Origin: Candidatus Marinacidobacterales bacterium
GTDB lineage: Bacteria; Acidobacteriota; Vicinamibacteria; Marinacidobacterales; DATDRI01
NCBI GenBank assembly: GCA_965226495.1
Contig: OZ245365.1
Coordinates: forward strand, 5,600,001 to 5,664,000
Length of the DNA: 64,000 nucleotides
Direction of reading: 5' to 3'
Made by a program: the position numbers and the translations under genes. Numbering within the stretch: the stretch's first letter is position 1; each line of letters opens with the position of its first letter. A model generated the notes under the pieces. It saw nothing but the letters and a program-made list of their open reading frames with translations. It had not been told where the DNA came from and did not search any database. Shown here piece by piece: positions 28,755 to 37,719 of this stretch.

Positions 28755-29906
28755 TCAGCCGCCAGCTGCCTGTTTGTAGAGACTCAAATATGTTTCCAAC
28801 GCGGCCTCGGGACGGAATCGCTCCTCGATATGGTGCAAGGTTTCCGCGGTGCAGCGGCGTGGTGCGGAAACAGCGGCCAGGACCTCGCGTGCCAAAGCGC
28901 CCGGGTCGCGCAGCGGAACGAGTTGCACGTCGTCAGGGAACAGCTCCTTCAACTCCGTGCCACCGGGATGCTCCGCGGAAACCACCGGCGTACCGGAGGC
29001 GAGAGATTCCGCTGCCACAGTGGGGAAAGCTTCGAGAACGGACGGCAACACAAAGAGATCCGCCGCCGTGTAATACGCAGGCAACCTTCGATTGTCCACC
29101 TGTCCCAGAAGCTTGACCGCCCGAGCCAACCCTTTCTCCGCGATGAGAGCTTCCAGGTCGGCGCGCGACTCACCCTCGCCGGCAATCCACAGCTGCGCGG
29201 AAGGAAACTTTTTCAGTATCTCCGGCATCCCCTCGATTATGTAACGCTGACCGGCCAGGGGATGGAGTCTCTTGACATTCAAGATCAGAGGACCGGAGTC
29301 GACACCCAGCTCGCGCCGCGTTTTCTCGCGCTCTTCCGTCTCGACAACGCGAAACGCTCGATCCACCGGCGGATAGACTACCGACCGCCTTTCGGGCTCC
29401 ACTCCCAATTCGATTGACCGCTCCAATAGGCGCCGGCTGTAGTAAGTCACATGTGCCGCGTGTCGATTCATCCAAAGGAACGGATCAACCGGCCGCTTCC
29501 GGCGGAAATGCCAGATTTCGGTCCCATAGTGCGTGAGGATAAACGGCCGTCCGCGCCGCGAAGCCAAGGCTGCCGAGACCTGGTTCATGAACGTGTTGCT
29601 ATGCACGTGAACCACGTCTGCCCGCGAGATGGGTTTCCGCGCCTTGAAAAACACTTCCACCGCGGTCGATAGCTGCGAAAGCTTGAGGTTCTTGCTCCAA
29701 CCGTGAGCGGCGGGCCGGTCGATATAGACGACGTCCGAGTTCACCGGCTCTCCGTGTCGAGGTCTAAAAGCCACAAAGCTCACTTGGTGCCCGCGTGCAA
29801 CCAAGCCGTCCCCGAGCAACTGGGGGAGAAGCGCGTTGGCGGCAAGATCAGGTGGCAAGTGGGGCGTCACCATACAGACTCTCAAGCCCGCCCTCCGGCT
29901 ACCCAC
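28755..29906 (-). CDS. Glycosyltransferase family 4
   Basis: NVKRLHPLAG, ADLFVLPSVLEAFPTVAAESLASGTPVV. Confidence 0.9.
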   Translation of the reverse strand: MGSRRAGLRVCMVTPHLPPDLAANALLPQLLGDGLVARGHQVSFVAFRPRHGEPVNSDVVYIDRPAAHGWSKNLKLSQLSTAVEVFFKARKPISRADVVHVHSNTFMNQVSAALASRRGRPFILTHYGTEIWHFRRKRPVDPFLWMNRHAAHVTYYSRRLLERSIELGVEPERRSVVYPPVDRAFRVVETEEREKTRRELGVDSGPLILNVKRLHPLAGQRYIIEGMPEILKKFPSAQLWIAGEGESRADLEALIAEKGLARAVKLLGQVDNRRLPAYYTAADLFVLPSVLEAFPTVAAESLASGTPVVSAEHPGGTELKELFPDDVQLVPLRDPGALAREVLAAVSAPRRCTAETLHHIEERFRPEAALETYLSLYKQAAGG

Positions 29907-30835
29907 TCCTGTTGAAACTCCCGGAAGGTCCTTCCCTCGGCGCCCTTCTCGGCTAGAAAACGGAGAAGTGTCGATAGATTCTCATAGAACGTCTCGACGT
30001 CATCTTTCGTGCTGTTGTACGGGCTTCCCCCCGGGATCAATTCACTGGAGTGGAAAATGATATTCGCCACCGGCATCCTGGCTTTCAGAAGGTGATCGGC
30101 GAGCCACAACATGTCCTCGGTCTTCGAATAGGACGGTCGCAGCCATATCGGCCGGACGATACGCAGAAGTCGTAACACTCGACGGAAGGTATAGGCGGGA
30201 GTAAAGTCCGCGTAGGCCGCTTCCAGCCGACGCGGCAGCCTTCGATTGAGAGCACTGGTGATCGGTATCTCTAGGAGCCGACTCGCGCCCGCACGACGCG
30301 GATCCTCACCGCTGACAAAGTAAGGCTCGAGCTGAGCGCCGGCGAACGAGGGACCTCCTTTCGTCCGCTCGTTGAAGAACGGATCGACGCTCGAGTCCAC
30401 CGAATACCCTTCCGCCTCCAGGGCCTCGACGTGGGATCCTGCAAAGCCGTTGCGGCCCGAGCGGTAGGACACCGGAGGCTCGCCCGCCACTTCCCCAACC
30501 GCTTCGGTCAAGGCGCGAAGCTGAGAACGAAATTGCTTGAGATTCAGATTGAGCGGAAAGAGATGGCCGTCGCTTGGCGGGGGTGTCGTCCATGGGTGGT
30601 GGTGAGAGCCGATCTCGCATCGCCCTTCATTGGCAAGGCCCCGCAGAATGGAACAGCTTTCCGGATCCCTGGCCACTTCATAGGTGACGAGATAGGTTGG
30701 TCGAACCCCATACTGATCGCACAATTTCTGTAGCCGCGGAAGCTCGACAATGTTGCGAAGTGTGATGTTGTCACGTCCTGCCGCGCTCCATTGGTCATCG
30801 GCCTCGGTGTCGACGCCGAGCAGAACCCGCGTCAT
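29882..30835 (-). CDS. Polysaccharide deacetylase (WalW-like, CE4 superfamily)
   Basis: VDTEAD, PTYLVTY, EIGSHHHPWTTPP, YRSGR, DSS, FHSSELIPGGSPY. Confidence 0.85.
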   Translation of the reverse strand: MTRVLLGVDTEADDQWSAAGRDNITLRNIVELPRLQKLCDQYGVRPTYLVTYEVARDPESCSILRGLANEGRCEIGSHHHPWTTPPPSDGHLFPLNLNLKQFRSQLRALTEAVGEVAGEPPVSYRSGRNGFAGSHVEALEAEGYSVDSSVDPFFNERTKGGPSFAGAQLEPYFVSGEDPRRAGASRLLEIPITSALNRRLPRRLEAAYADFTPAYTFRRVLRLLRIVRPIWLRPSYSKTEDMLWLADHLLKARMPVANIIFHSSELIPGGSPYNSTKDDVETFYENLSTLLRFLAEKGAEGRTFREFQQEWVAGGRA

Positions 30836-31944
30836 TGGTGTCGATCCTGATCAGAATCCCCGAACACCACATGCCAACGAGAGGTGTCGCGGAAAAAGGA
30901 CTCGCCCGCGTACTGCTTGCGAATCCGCAAACAGAATTGCATGGGGCTCCCGATCTCGAAAAACCCTTTGTAACGAAGTCGCCGCGAAAGCCGTTGATCG
31001 AAAGTGAACGCCTGAAGCCGCGCCACCCGATTCTTTCGTCCCCACTCCGCGGCACGATCGAGTAGTGTGTCCAGCACCGCCCGGTCTTCAGGGTGCGCGA
31101 ACAAGTCTACGACCAGCCCCAGTCGAACACCGCCCGTCTCGGCGGCGCGAAGAACGATGAAGCCCGCTACCTCCCCGTCCCGCAGTGCTTGAAAGATCTC
31201 GTAAGACACATGGGGAGCACGATGGTACTTCCATTCCAGGTAAGTCGCCTTCCGCTCGGCGACGAAATCGAAGCCAGGGGAAGCTTTTTCCCACAGGCGG
31301 TCGAATCCGTCGCCAAACGCCCCTTCGAGCGGCTGCACATCGACCGGCGCTATGGTGGATCGGGAACCGCGAGCCGGAAACGTGGCTCCCAAAAGGGTCT
31401 TGGCAAACGGTGAAACGAGGCGGGCCGGTATGGATCCGATCCGTCGCGCGAGGAGCCTGGCGGGATCGAGAATACGTGTGTAGCAAGGTACAGGACCCAC
31501 GTCATGCCATTGGAGCTTTTGGAAAAGAGTGTAAGACGCGAGCGATAACCCGAGTCCCAAGGACGCTTCGACGTTTTGGTCCCAGTACAAAAACAACCGG
31601 GAGCCCACTCCCTTTCTTTGCAGCGAAGACCGCACCATCACGTCCATGCCCCAGGATGCACGCACGATTTGGTCTTTGACCTTGAGACGGACCGGCATGG
31701 ATGCGTACTGCCCCAGAACCTCTCCACCCTCCTTGCCCTCCTTGGCCACCCAGATCTCGGGCCCCTCGGCTGGGCAATGCGGGTTCTCGTGGTATTGCCA
31801 CTGCCAGCGGCTGCGGTTGAGTCGAGCGGCCTCGGCGCCAAAGACCTCTGCATACATGCGCTCCAGCGCTTCCTCGTCTTCGGGTTGTCGCCGGCCGATG
31901 ACGATCTCGTCGCGAGCGCGGGTAGATCCGTTGCCTGAGCTCAT
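30832..31944 (-). CDS. GNAT-family acyltransferase (two-domain, polysaccharide-associated)
   Basis: WQWQYHENP, DVMVRSSLQRKGVG, YLEWKY, C-terminal GDSDQD. Confidence 0.8.
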   Translation of the reverse strand: MSSGNGSTRARDEIVIGRRQPEDEEALERMYAEVFGAEAARLNRSRWQWQYHENPHCPAEGPEIWVAKEGKEGGEVLGQYASMPVRLKVKDQIVRASWGMDVMVRSSLQRKGVGSRLFLYWDQNVEASLGLGLSLASYTLFQKLQWHDVGPVPCYTRILDPARLLARRIGSIPARLVSPFAKTLLGATFPARGSRSTIAPVDVQPLEGAFGDGFDRLWEKASPGFDFVAERKATYLEWKYHRAPHVSYEIFQALRDGEVAGFIVLRAAETGGVRLGLVVDLFAHPEDRAVLDTLLDRAAEWGRKNRVARLQAFTFDQRLSRRLRYKGFFEIGSPMQFCLRIRKQYAGESFFRDTSRWHVVFGDSDQDRHQ

Positions 31945-32075
31945 GGTTGAAACAGTGGATGTTAGCACAGCGACCAGAGAGGCCGCATGTAAGCCATGCT
32001 AAAGAAGAGTGATACGCATGACGACCCGGCGCAGTTGGCAAGGCGGGACGATCCCCTGTTAAAGTGGCGTCGGAT

Positions 32076-32357
32076 ATGCACTGCTTGATTGGATGTCTGT
32101 CCCTTCTCACTCCTCGTCTTGCCATTCTCCTGGTGTTCTTCTTCAGCAACTACATCGGCCGCGCCTATGAGGCGGCGCTCTGGCCGCTCCTGGGTTTCGT
32201 TTTCATGCCCTTGACAACCTTGGCCTACGCTTGGGCGGTCAATACGAATACCACCGTGACGGGGATTTACCTGGTCGTGGTGGTGATTGCCGTGCTTCTC
32301 GATCTGGGTCTAGTGGGAACGAGCGCGTCCGCTCGGAGGAAAAGGGGGCGCTGGTAG
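32076..32357 (+). CDS. Small membrane protein
   Basis: PRLAILLVFFF...WPLLGFVFMPLTTLAY; 3 TM helices and a basic C-terminus. Confidence 0.7.
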   Translation: MHCLIGCLSLLTPRLAILLVFFFSNYIGRAYEAALWPLLGFVFMPLTTLAYAWAVNTNTTVTGIYLVVVVIAVLLDLGLVGTSASARRKRGRW

Positions 32358-32383
32358 AAAAAGGGACCGGCCAGCGGAAAAGA

Positions 32384-32737
32384 CTAACCTGTCCCCGACA
32401 TTTCGGCAGTCTTGTCGTCGATCATCGACCGGCGAACGTACTCGATGCTGTTGTGCACGCCTTCCACTCCCTTGACCTTCTTCGCAACCTCTTCGGCATC
32501 CGTCCTGAGTTGCGTACTGATGGCCATGCCCTTCAGATCCACGACGTGGGCCGAGGAAACGTCGAACGTAACCCAGTCGAACGCGGTGAATTGGGGCAGC
32601 TCGGCGATCTTGGTGGCGACTTCCTTCGCGATCGCTTCGCGCTCTTTCTTATCATCCTGAGTGGCGGTCTCCCCCGCGGATGCGACGAGTGCCACCATGA
32701 CGACAGCGAAAACTGCATTGCGAATAGAACGCATCAT
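32384..32737 (-). CDS. BON-domain periplasmic protein
   Basis: Signal peptide; VVDLKG...DAEEVAKKVKGVEGVHNSIE. Confidence 0.75.
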   Translation of the reverse strand: MMRSIRNAVFAVVMVALVASAGETATQDDKKEREAIAKEVATKIAELPQFTAFDWVTFDVSSAHVVDLKGMAISTQLRTDAEEVAKKVKGVEGVHNSIEYVRRSMIDDKTAEMSGTG

Positions 32738-32845
32738 TCCTCCTGCTGCTAAATTGTGACCGGCGTGACTCGCAAGAAAAGACTTGGCGCGCCTTTTGGG
32801 GCGGGGAGTGTATACGAACCTACCACCTATGTAAAATCTGGCCCG

Positions 32846-33724
32846 TTACTGATTTTCGAGGACCGGCACCCCCAGGACGACGGACACCACGATAGAAAGG
32901 GCGGTGAGCGCAATGCAGGCGAGCGCCAGCAGCAGATGGTCTCCCCTCTCCGGCAACAAGGGATCCAAGAAGCGAGCGGTGTAATATCCACCGGCGAAGC
33001 CGCCCGCGTGGGCGTAGTTGTCGACACCGGGGAAGACCAAGCCGAAGATAAAGAGGATCACCGCGTAGCTTACTGCCTGTCGGCCCAGGAGACTGCTCCC
33101 TCCGCGCTTTCCAGAGTAAACGAGCGCCCCGAGCAAACCGAAAATAGGAGCCGAAGCCCCTACCGTGAAAATAGCGCCTCGGAGAAGGGGGAAAGGGAAA
33201 GCTCCGAGGTAGTATCCGGCGAGGCTGCTGAGTAGGAAGCCGGTGATCGAGGACACGGTGTAGATAATGACCAGGCGGGCCGGGCCGTAGGCCTCCGCAG
33301 TCGCGGGAGCCAGTTGGCGCACCCACATCATATTGAAGCCGATGTGAATCAAACCGCCGTGGAGCCAAGCCGCGCTCAGGACGGTCCACCACCTTCCATA
33401 CTCGAAGACCGGGGCCGCCCCGCTTGCTCCGAAGAGAAAGAGCGCGCGGACGCCCGGCGACAAAAACGAGAGTGCGCCTCCCGTCCTAATGCTCGAGGGA
33501 TCGATCAGAAGTGTCGCAACGTAGAGCCCCACGCATCCCCACAGCACCATTTGCGTGAAACCGAGATCCATGCCGAGTTTCCGCAGCATCGGGGCATAGC
33601 CCCAGAGGCCCGGGTTCCATCGGCCGCAGTTCATGCAGCGTTCGTCGTTCACACCCACCAAATTGCCGCAGCCGGCGCAGAGGACCGATCCGGTCTTTTG
33701 TGGATTCCACATAGTTGCTATCAT
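32846..33724 (-). CDS. Rhomboid intramembrane serine protease with N-terminal Zn-ribbon
   Basis: CAGC...CMNC; WWTVLSAAWLHGGLIHIGFNM; catalytic GASA and DNYAHAGG. Confidence 0.92.
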   Translation of the reverse strand: MIATMWNPQKTGSVLCAGCGNLVGVNDERCMNCGRWNPGLWGYAPMLRKLGMDLGFTQMVLWGCVGLYVATLLIDPSSIRTGGALSFLSPGVRALFLFGASGAAPVFEYGRWWTVLSAAWLHGGLIHIGFNMMWVRQLAPATAEAYGPARLVIIYTVSSITGFLLSSLAGYYLGAFPFPLLRGAIFTVGASAPIFGLLGALVYSGKRGGSSLLGRQAVSYAVILFIFGLVFPGVDNYAHAGGFAGGYYTARFLDPLLPERGDHLLLALACIALTALSIVVSVVLGVPVLENQ

Positions 33725-33783
33725 TATGTTCTAAGACAGCTGATATGTCCGACCGTGTTGCGGTAGTCGTTGCAGCCGGTGTG
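33688..33783 (+). repeat. Left copy of ~96-bp direct repeat (rhomboid 5' end, divergent promoter, mutT 5' stub)
   Basis: Manual alignment with 41665-41761 shows 8 mismatches and 1 gap. The mutT stub reads ATG TCC GAC CGT GTT GCG GTA GTC GTT GCA GCC GGT GTG ATC TGA. Confidence 0.92.
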
Positions 33784-33835
33784 ATCTGAGGAATCTGGCA
33801 GGCCTTCATCCCGTCAGCCTACCGGTTGGACGTTC

Positions 33836-34723
33836 TTATTGGGCGTCTTGGGCTACCCACTGCGGATCCGCACTGTCCGCCCCCGGATTTTCTCCGCGGA
33901 AACCGTTGTTGCCGGCCGCCGAGAGATCGGAGACAACCTGTCCCGAGCCTTCGTCGAAGCTCCAATAGCCCACCAGAGCGGGGGAGTCTCGATCCACGCC
34001 GGAGTCGAAAACCTCGTTGATCTCACCGTCAGTTAGAACGACGTTCCACATGGCGGGCTCGTCTATGAGCCCGGGGAAAAACCAAACCGGAGGTTCCCGC
34101 CCGCCGGGGGGCGGTCCGATCGTGCCGAAGGTGCACCCGACCGACAACACCTGGAAGTTGTTCGAGGAAGGGACGCCGGTGCTCTGGCAGCTCGCCTCCC
34201 TGTTTCCATCGACGTAGACGCTCAAGTCGCCGAAACCACTGCGTGTGACGGCGACGTGGTGCCAAACATCGTCGGCCACGAAGAGGTTGCCGCTGCTGCA
34301 CGAGCCTGACGGCGTGCAGCTGTTCGAGGGATAGCAGTAGTTGTTTTCCCTCGAGTCCTCGAGCATGACCTCGAGGGTTCCGTCCGGCAGCACGTAGAGC
34401 TGCCAACTCAGATTGAAGGAGTTGTCATCCTCACCCCGGGCGATGACCGAGGCCCGACGCTGCGGCGGTGTGAGCTTGATCCAGGCACCGATGGTGAAGA
34501 TTTCCGTGGGGAACGACGGGTCGTATGGCACCGTGACGCGATCGTCGGATCCGTCGAACCTGAGCGCACTCGCGCCTCCCGGCACCTCCGGAGCGTTCTC
34601 GACAGCGTCCGGCTCCTCGACGACGTCGGGACCAGTCGGCCCGGCGTCATCCGCGCCGTCGCCACATGAGAGGAGCGCAATCGCGGCAAGTCCAATGAAA
34701 ACTACGAGACAACGTCTGTGCAA
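33836..34723 (-). CDS. LamG/concanavalin-like domain lipoprotein
   Basis: Lipobox LLSC; ALRFDGSDDRV, FTIGAWIK, WHHVAVT, FPGLIDE, LVGYWSFDEGSG. Confidence 0.85.
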   Translation of the reverse strand: MHRRCLVVFIGLAAIALLSCGDGADDAGPTGPDVVEEPDAVENAPEVPGGASALRFDGSDDRVTVPYDPSFPTEIFTIGAWIKLTPPQRRASVIARGEDDNSFNLSWQLYVLPDGTLEVMLEDSRENNYCYPSNSCTPSGSCSSGNLFVADDVWHHVAVTRSGFGDLSVYVDGNREASCQSTGVPSSNNFQVLSVGCTFGTIGPPPGGREPPVWFFPGLIDEPAMWNVVLTDGEINEVFDSGVDRDSPALVGYWSFDEGSGQVVSDLSAAGNNGFRGENPGADSADPQWVAQDAQ

Positions 34724-35093
34724 CGTTCACCTCCACGGCTTCTCCCCCTCGGGCCGCTGACTCCTAAATCTCTCGATGCGCTCCCTCCGGGAATGCAGGC
34801 CCTCCGGGTTGAGCCAATCGTTTTACGAAGCATGTTCCACACTCCTCTCCGCGTTCTCGCTGGTACATTGTAGCCAGCTAGAACCCTCTGGCTCATCAAA
34901 TTTTCGTAAAGGTTCTGTTAAGAATGTAAAGGAGGGCGAACTTTTCGATGTGCGGGCAACTGCGCCTTCTCGCAGAGCTCTTCGTCACCGACGAGCGCCC
35001 CGAGGATTTCCTTGATTCCTCTCTAGGCCAACCGTACCTTCGCGGTGAAGTTCACCAAGCTTTTCCACTCGTGTGGGACGTCCGCTCGGCTTC

Positions 35094-36722
35094 CTATTGA
35101 ATCGTGACCGTCACGGGAGAGGAGCATGACTGGTTACCGGCCGCGTCAGTGGCGCAGATCCGGTACGGCAGCGTCTCAGGCATTGGCGTTTCGATCCCTG
35201 CTCGCCAGAGGAATTCTCCGTACCAAATCATCGGCACCTCACGGGTCTGTCGGTCTGCCGTCCAGCGCATGACAACGGATTGCCAATCGTGAGGCTTGGT
35301 AGGGCTCGTGTTGTCGTGGACTCGGGCGCGAATAGTCAGCGTCGTACCAACCTCGGAAGTCTTTACCTCTTCTACGAGTGATATGACCGGCGGGGCCGTG
35401 TCGACCGGGATATTCGTGCCCAAATACACTTTGTCTTCGAAGGCACCTTGGTCGATCTTCGAGATCGTCTCGCCCTGCGCCTGAACGACGTCGAGTCTGT
35501 GGTCCCCATTCAGATCGGCAACGGCGTGGTGAAGCGTTCCATCGGTGGGCCTACCGCCGTAAAAGACATCCGGCGCCTGCCGCAAATGGCCTAAGCCGTC
35601 GTTGACGAGAAGCCGGTCGGGACCGGCCAGGGATGCTATGAGCACATCGGCGTCCCCGTCGGAATCATAGTCGAGATAGACCGCCACGTTGTCGTCGTAG
35701 CCTGGGTTCTCCTCATCCGGCCAGTGCGTCGGAGAGGCGTCGACGAATCCCCCGCTCCCGTCGTTGAGAAAGATGTGCTGGCGGCGAGTGTACGAATCGA
35801 TCCCTTCGAGGGCTTCTCCGTCGTTGATGGTTATCAGGTCAAGAAACTCGTCCCCGTTGAGATCGATCGCCTCGAAGTCGTAATTGTTCTTGTACTGCGG
35901 GAGCTTTTCTCTCGAAACGTCGATGAATCTCCCGTTCCCGTCATTTTCGAAAAGGAGGCTACTCGCGTTGAAACGGGCGGTCACGAGCACATCGAGGTCG
36001 TAGTCGTTATCGACGTCCACCAGCTCACACTCCCAGGCGAGCTTTGCCAAGACGGAGGGCATTCGGTCTTCGGTCGCATCCTTGAAATGGCCGCTTCCGT
36101 CGTTGAGCCAGAGCATCGACCGACCGCCATCGTTCTTTGCGGGGTCTCCCAGCCCCCAATCGGACAACAACAAGTCCAGGTCACCGTCGCCGTCCACATC
36201 TCCGAGCTCGAGGTCCGAAACACTCGCTTTCAACTGGGGGAGGTGAGTGGCAGTGACATCGACAAAGTCGCCCCTGCCGTCTCCGAGATAGAGCCTGCTC
36301 TGATCCTGGAACACCGTTCCAACGATGATGTCAGGATGGCCGTCCGAGTTGATGTCTCGTGCCTTGATGACGCGCGAAAGCTATCGCTGGTCGCCATAGA
36401 TCGATTCGCTTGCATCGGTGAACGGGTTGCCCGGCCCTCGGTTTAGATAGACACGGCTCATCGTCGGGTCCAGGGGTTCATTGTTTGTGCCGCCCATAGC
36501 GAAAAGCAGATCGGGTAAACGGTCCCCGTTGAGGTCGGCGATATCGACCCGGTTCGTCCAGTACTCGGTGGCACCGATGGTTTCCGCGGTGGCATCTTTC
36601 CAGAGGTTGGCAGGGATCTCCTCGATGCTTTGCCGCGGCGGTTCGGCAGCACACCCGACCATTACGCTCAGCATCAAGAAAACACCACGTGGAAGCACGT
36701 ATGTTTGAGTTCTTTTTCTCAT
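35094..36722 (-). pseudogene. FG-GAP/VCBS repeat lipoprotein interrupted by an in-frame TAG at 36381-36383
   Basis: Lipobox VMVGC; repeated DLNGD/DVDGDGD/DVDNDYD motifs. The two ORF-track pieces are in the same frame: GDQR*LSRVIKARDINSDGHPD. Confidence 0.8.
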
Positions 36723-36862
36723 TGTAGAGGCCGGGAGCGAAGATCTGGTACCGCTATTTCACCCGAAGTAGCTGACCGCCCCATCCTTTCGAGTTGTTTA
36801 CTTTTGGTTACTTGTCTGAACAGGACTGCTGGCCGTCATTCAGCGTGGTTGCCCATCCGAAC

Positions 36863-36996
36863 CTAGTCAGACGGAGCCTCCACAAACTGTTGGGCGTCAA
36901 AACGTGTGGCTGCCAGCATCAAGCTAGCCAGACGCGCACGCCAGAAACCTGTTGGGCGTCAAAATATGTGGGTGCCAAACTCAAGTTGGCCAGACG
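36863..36996 (+). repeat. ~62-bp imperfect tandem repeat, about 2.2 copies
   Basis: ctgttgggcgtcaaaa occurs at 36887 and 36949. Flanking ctag(t/c)cagacg and gtg..tgcca...tcaag are also repeated. Confidence 0.8.
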
Positions 36997-37031
36997 CCGG
37001 TCCGGACCGAGTAGATCTCAGAGGCCTATCT

Positions 37032-37108
37032 GTTCACGCCCACCAAGTTGCCGCAGCCGGCGCAGAGGACCGAGCCGGTTTCTTGTGATTCTCAGATACT
37101 TCACCATT
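37032..37108 (-). repeat. Third, internal partial copy of the rhomboid 5' end
   Basis: Encodes ..TGSVLCAGCGNLVGVN then R-stop; matches 33646-33724 with third-position changes. Confidence 0.9.
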
Positions 37109-37237
37109 CGCCGGGCGTTCCGCCGACGGTGTATTTCGCCGCCGATTGCGTCAGCAGAAGCAGCCCCCACGGGAACGTGGGGCCAACCCTCGACCCTACC
37201 AGGCAGTCATCATCTTGCGGACGGTTTCGTAGACCGA

Positions 37238-37519
37238 TTAGCCCTTCGCCATCGCGTTCTTGATGAATCCGATGATGGCGAGGAGGACTGCCCCACCGAC
37301 ACCGGACCCGGCGACGTTACCAATGATGTTGCCGATATCCATTGCGGAACCGCCACCACCCAGAATACCGAGGGCGCCGAGTATCTGTCCTCCCAGACCG
37401 CCGCCCACGATCCCGACAACGGAGTTCAACAACGTGCCTAAGCTAAGATTCTTCATCAGGGCACCGGCGACGTTACCACCGACTGCACCGCCGATAAGGT
37501 TCATTATCAAGCTTTCCAT
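37238..37519 (-). CDS. Small Gly-rich membrane protein (GlsB/YeaQ-like)
   Basis: RBS GGAGG; LIGGAVGGNVAG...GIVGGGLGG...GSGVGGAVLLAIIG. Confidence 0.8.
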   Translation of the reverse strand: MESLIMNLIGGAVGGNVAGALMKNLSLGTLLNSVVGIVGGGLGGQILGALGILGGGGSAMDIGNIIGNVAGSGVGGAVLLAIIGFIKNAMAKG

Positions 37520-37719
37520 TTACATTCCTCCCATATGAATGTGCTAATACGTCATGTTGCTGTCACAAGGTCAACGGTCCCCCCAGCGTGGAGCTCACGG
37601 GCGCTAACGAGGGCGTTGAGCTCCCGTCTCCATTACAACCTGGCTGGGGTCGAGCGCTGCAGCGTGACCGGTCCGGACCGGACCGGCTCTCGCCTGGTTG
37701 ACATGCGACTTCGAGTACA

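Noticed and set aside
36381-36383. Alternative genetic code (TAG reassignment)
   Set aside because: TAG terminates many intact genes in this window.
36863-36996. Possible mini-CRISPR array
   Set aside because: There are only about 2 units, the would-be spacers resemble each other, and no cas genes are in the window.
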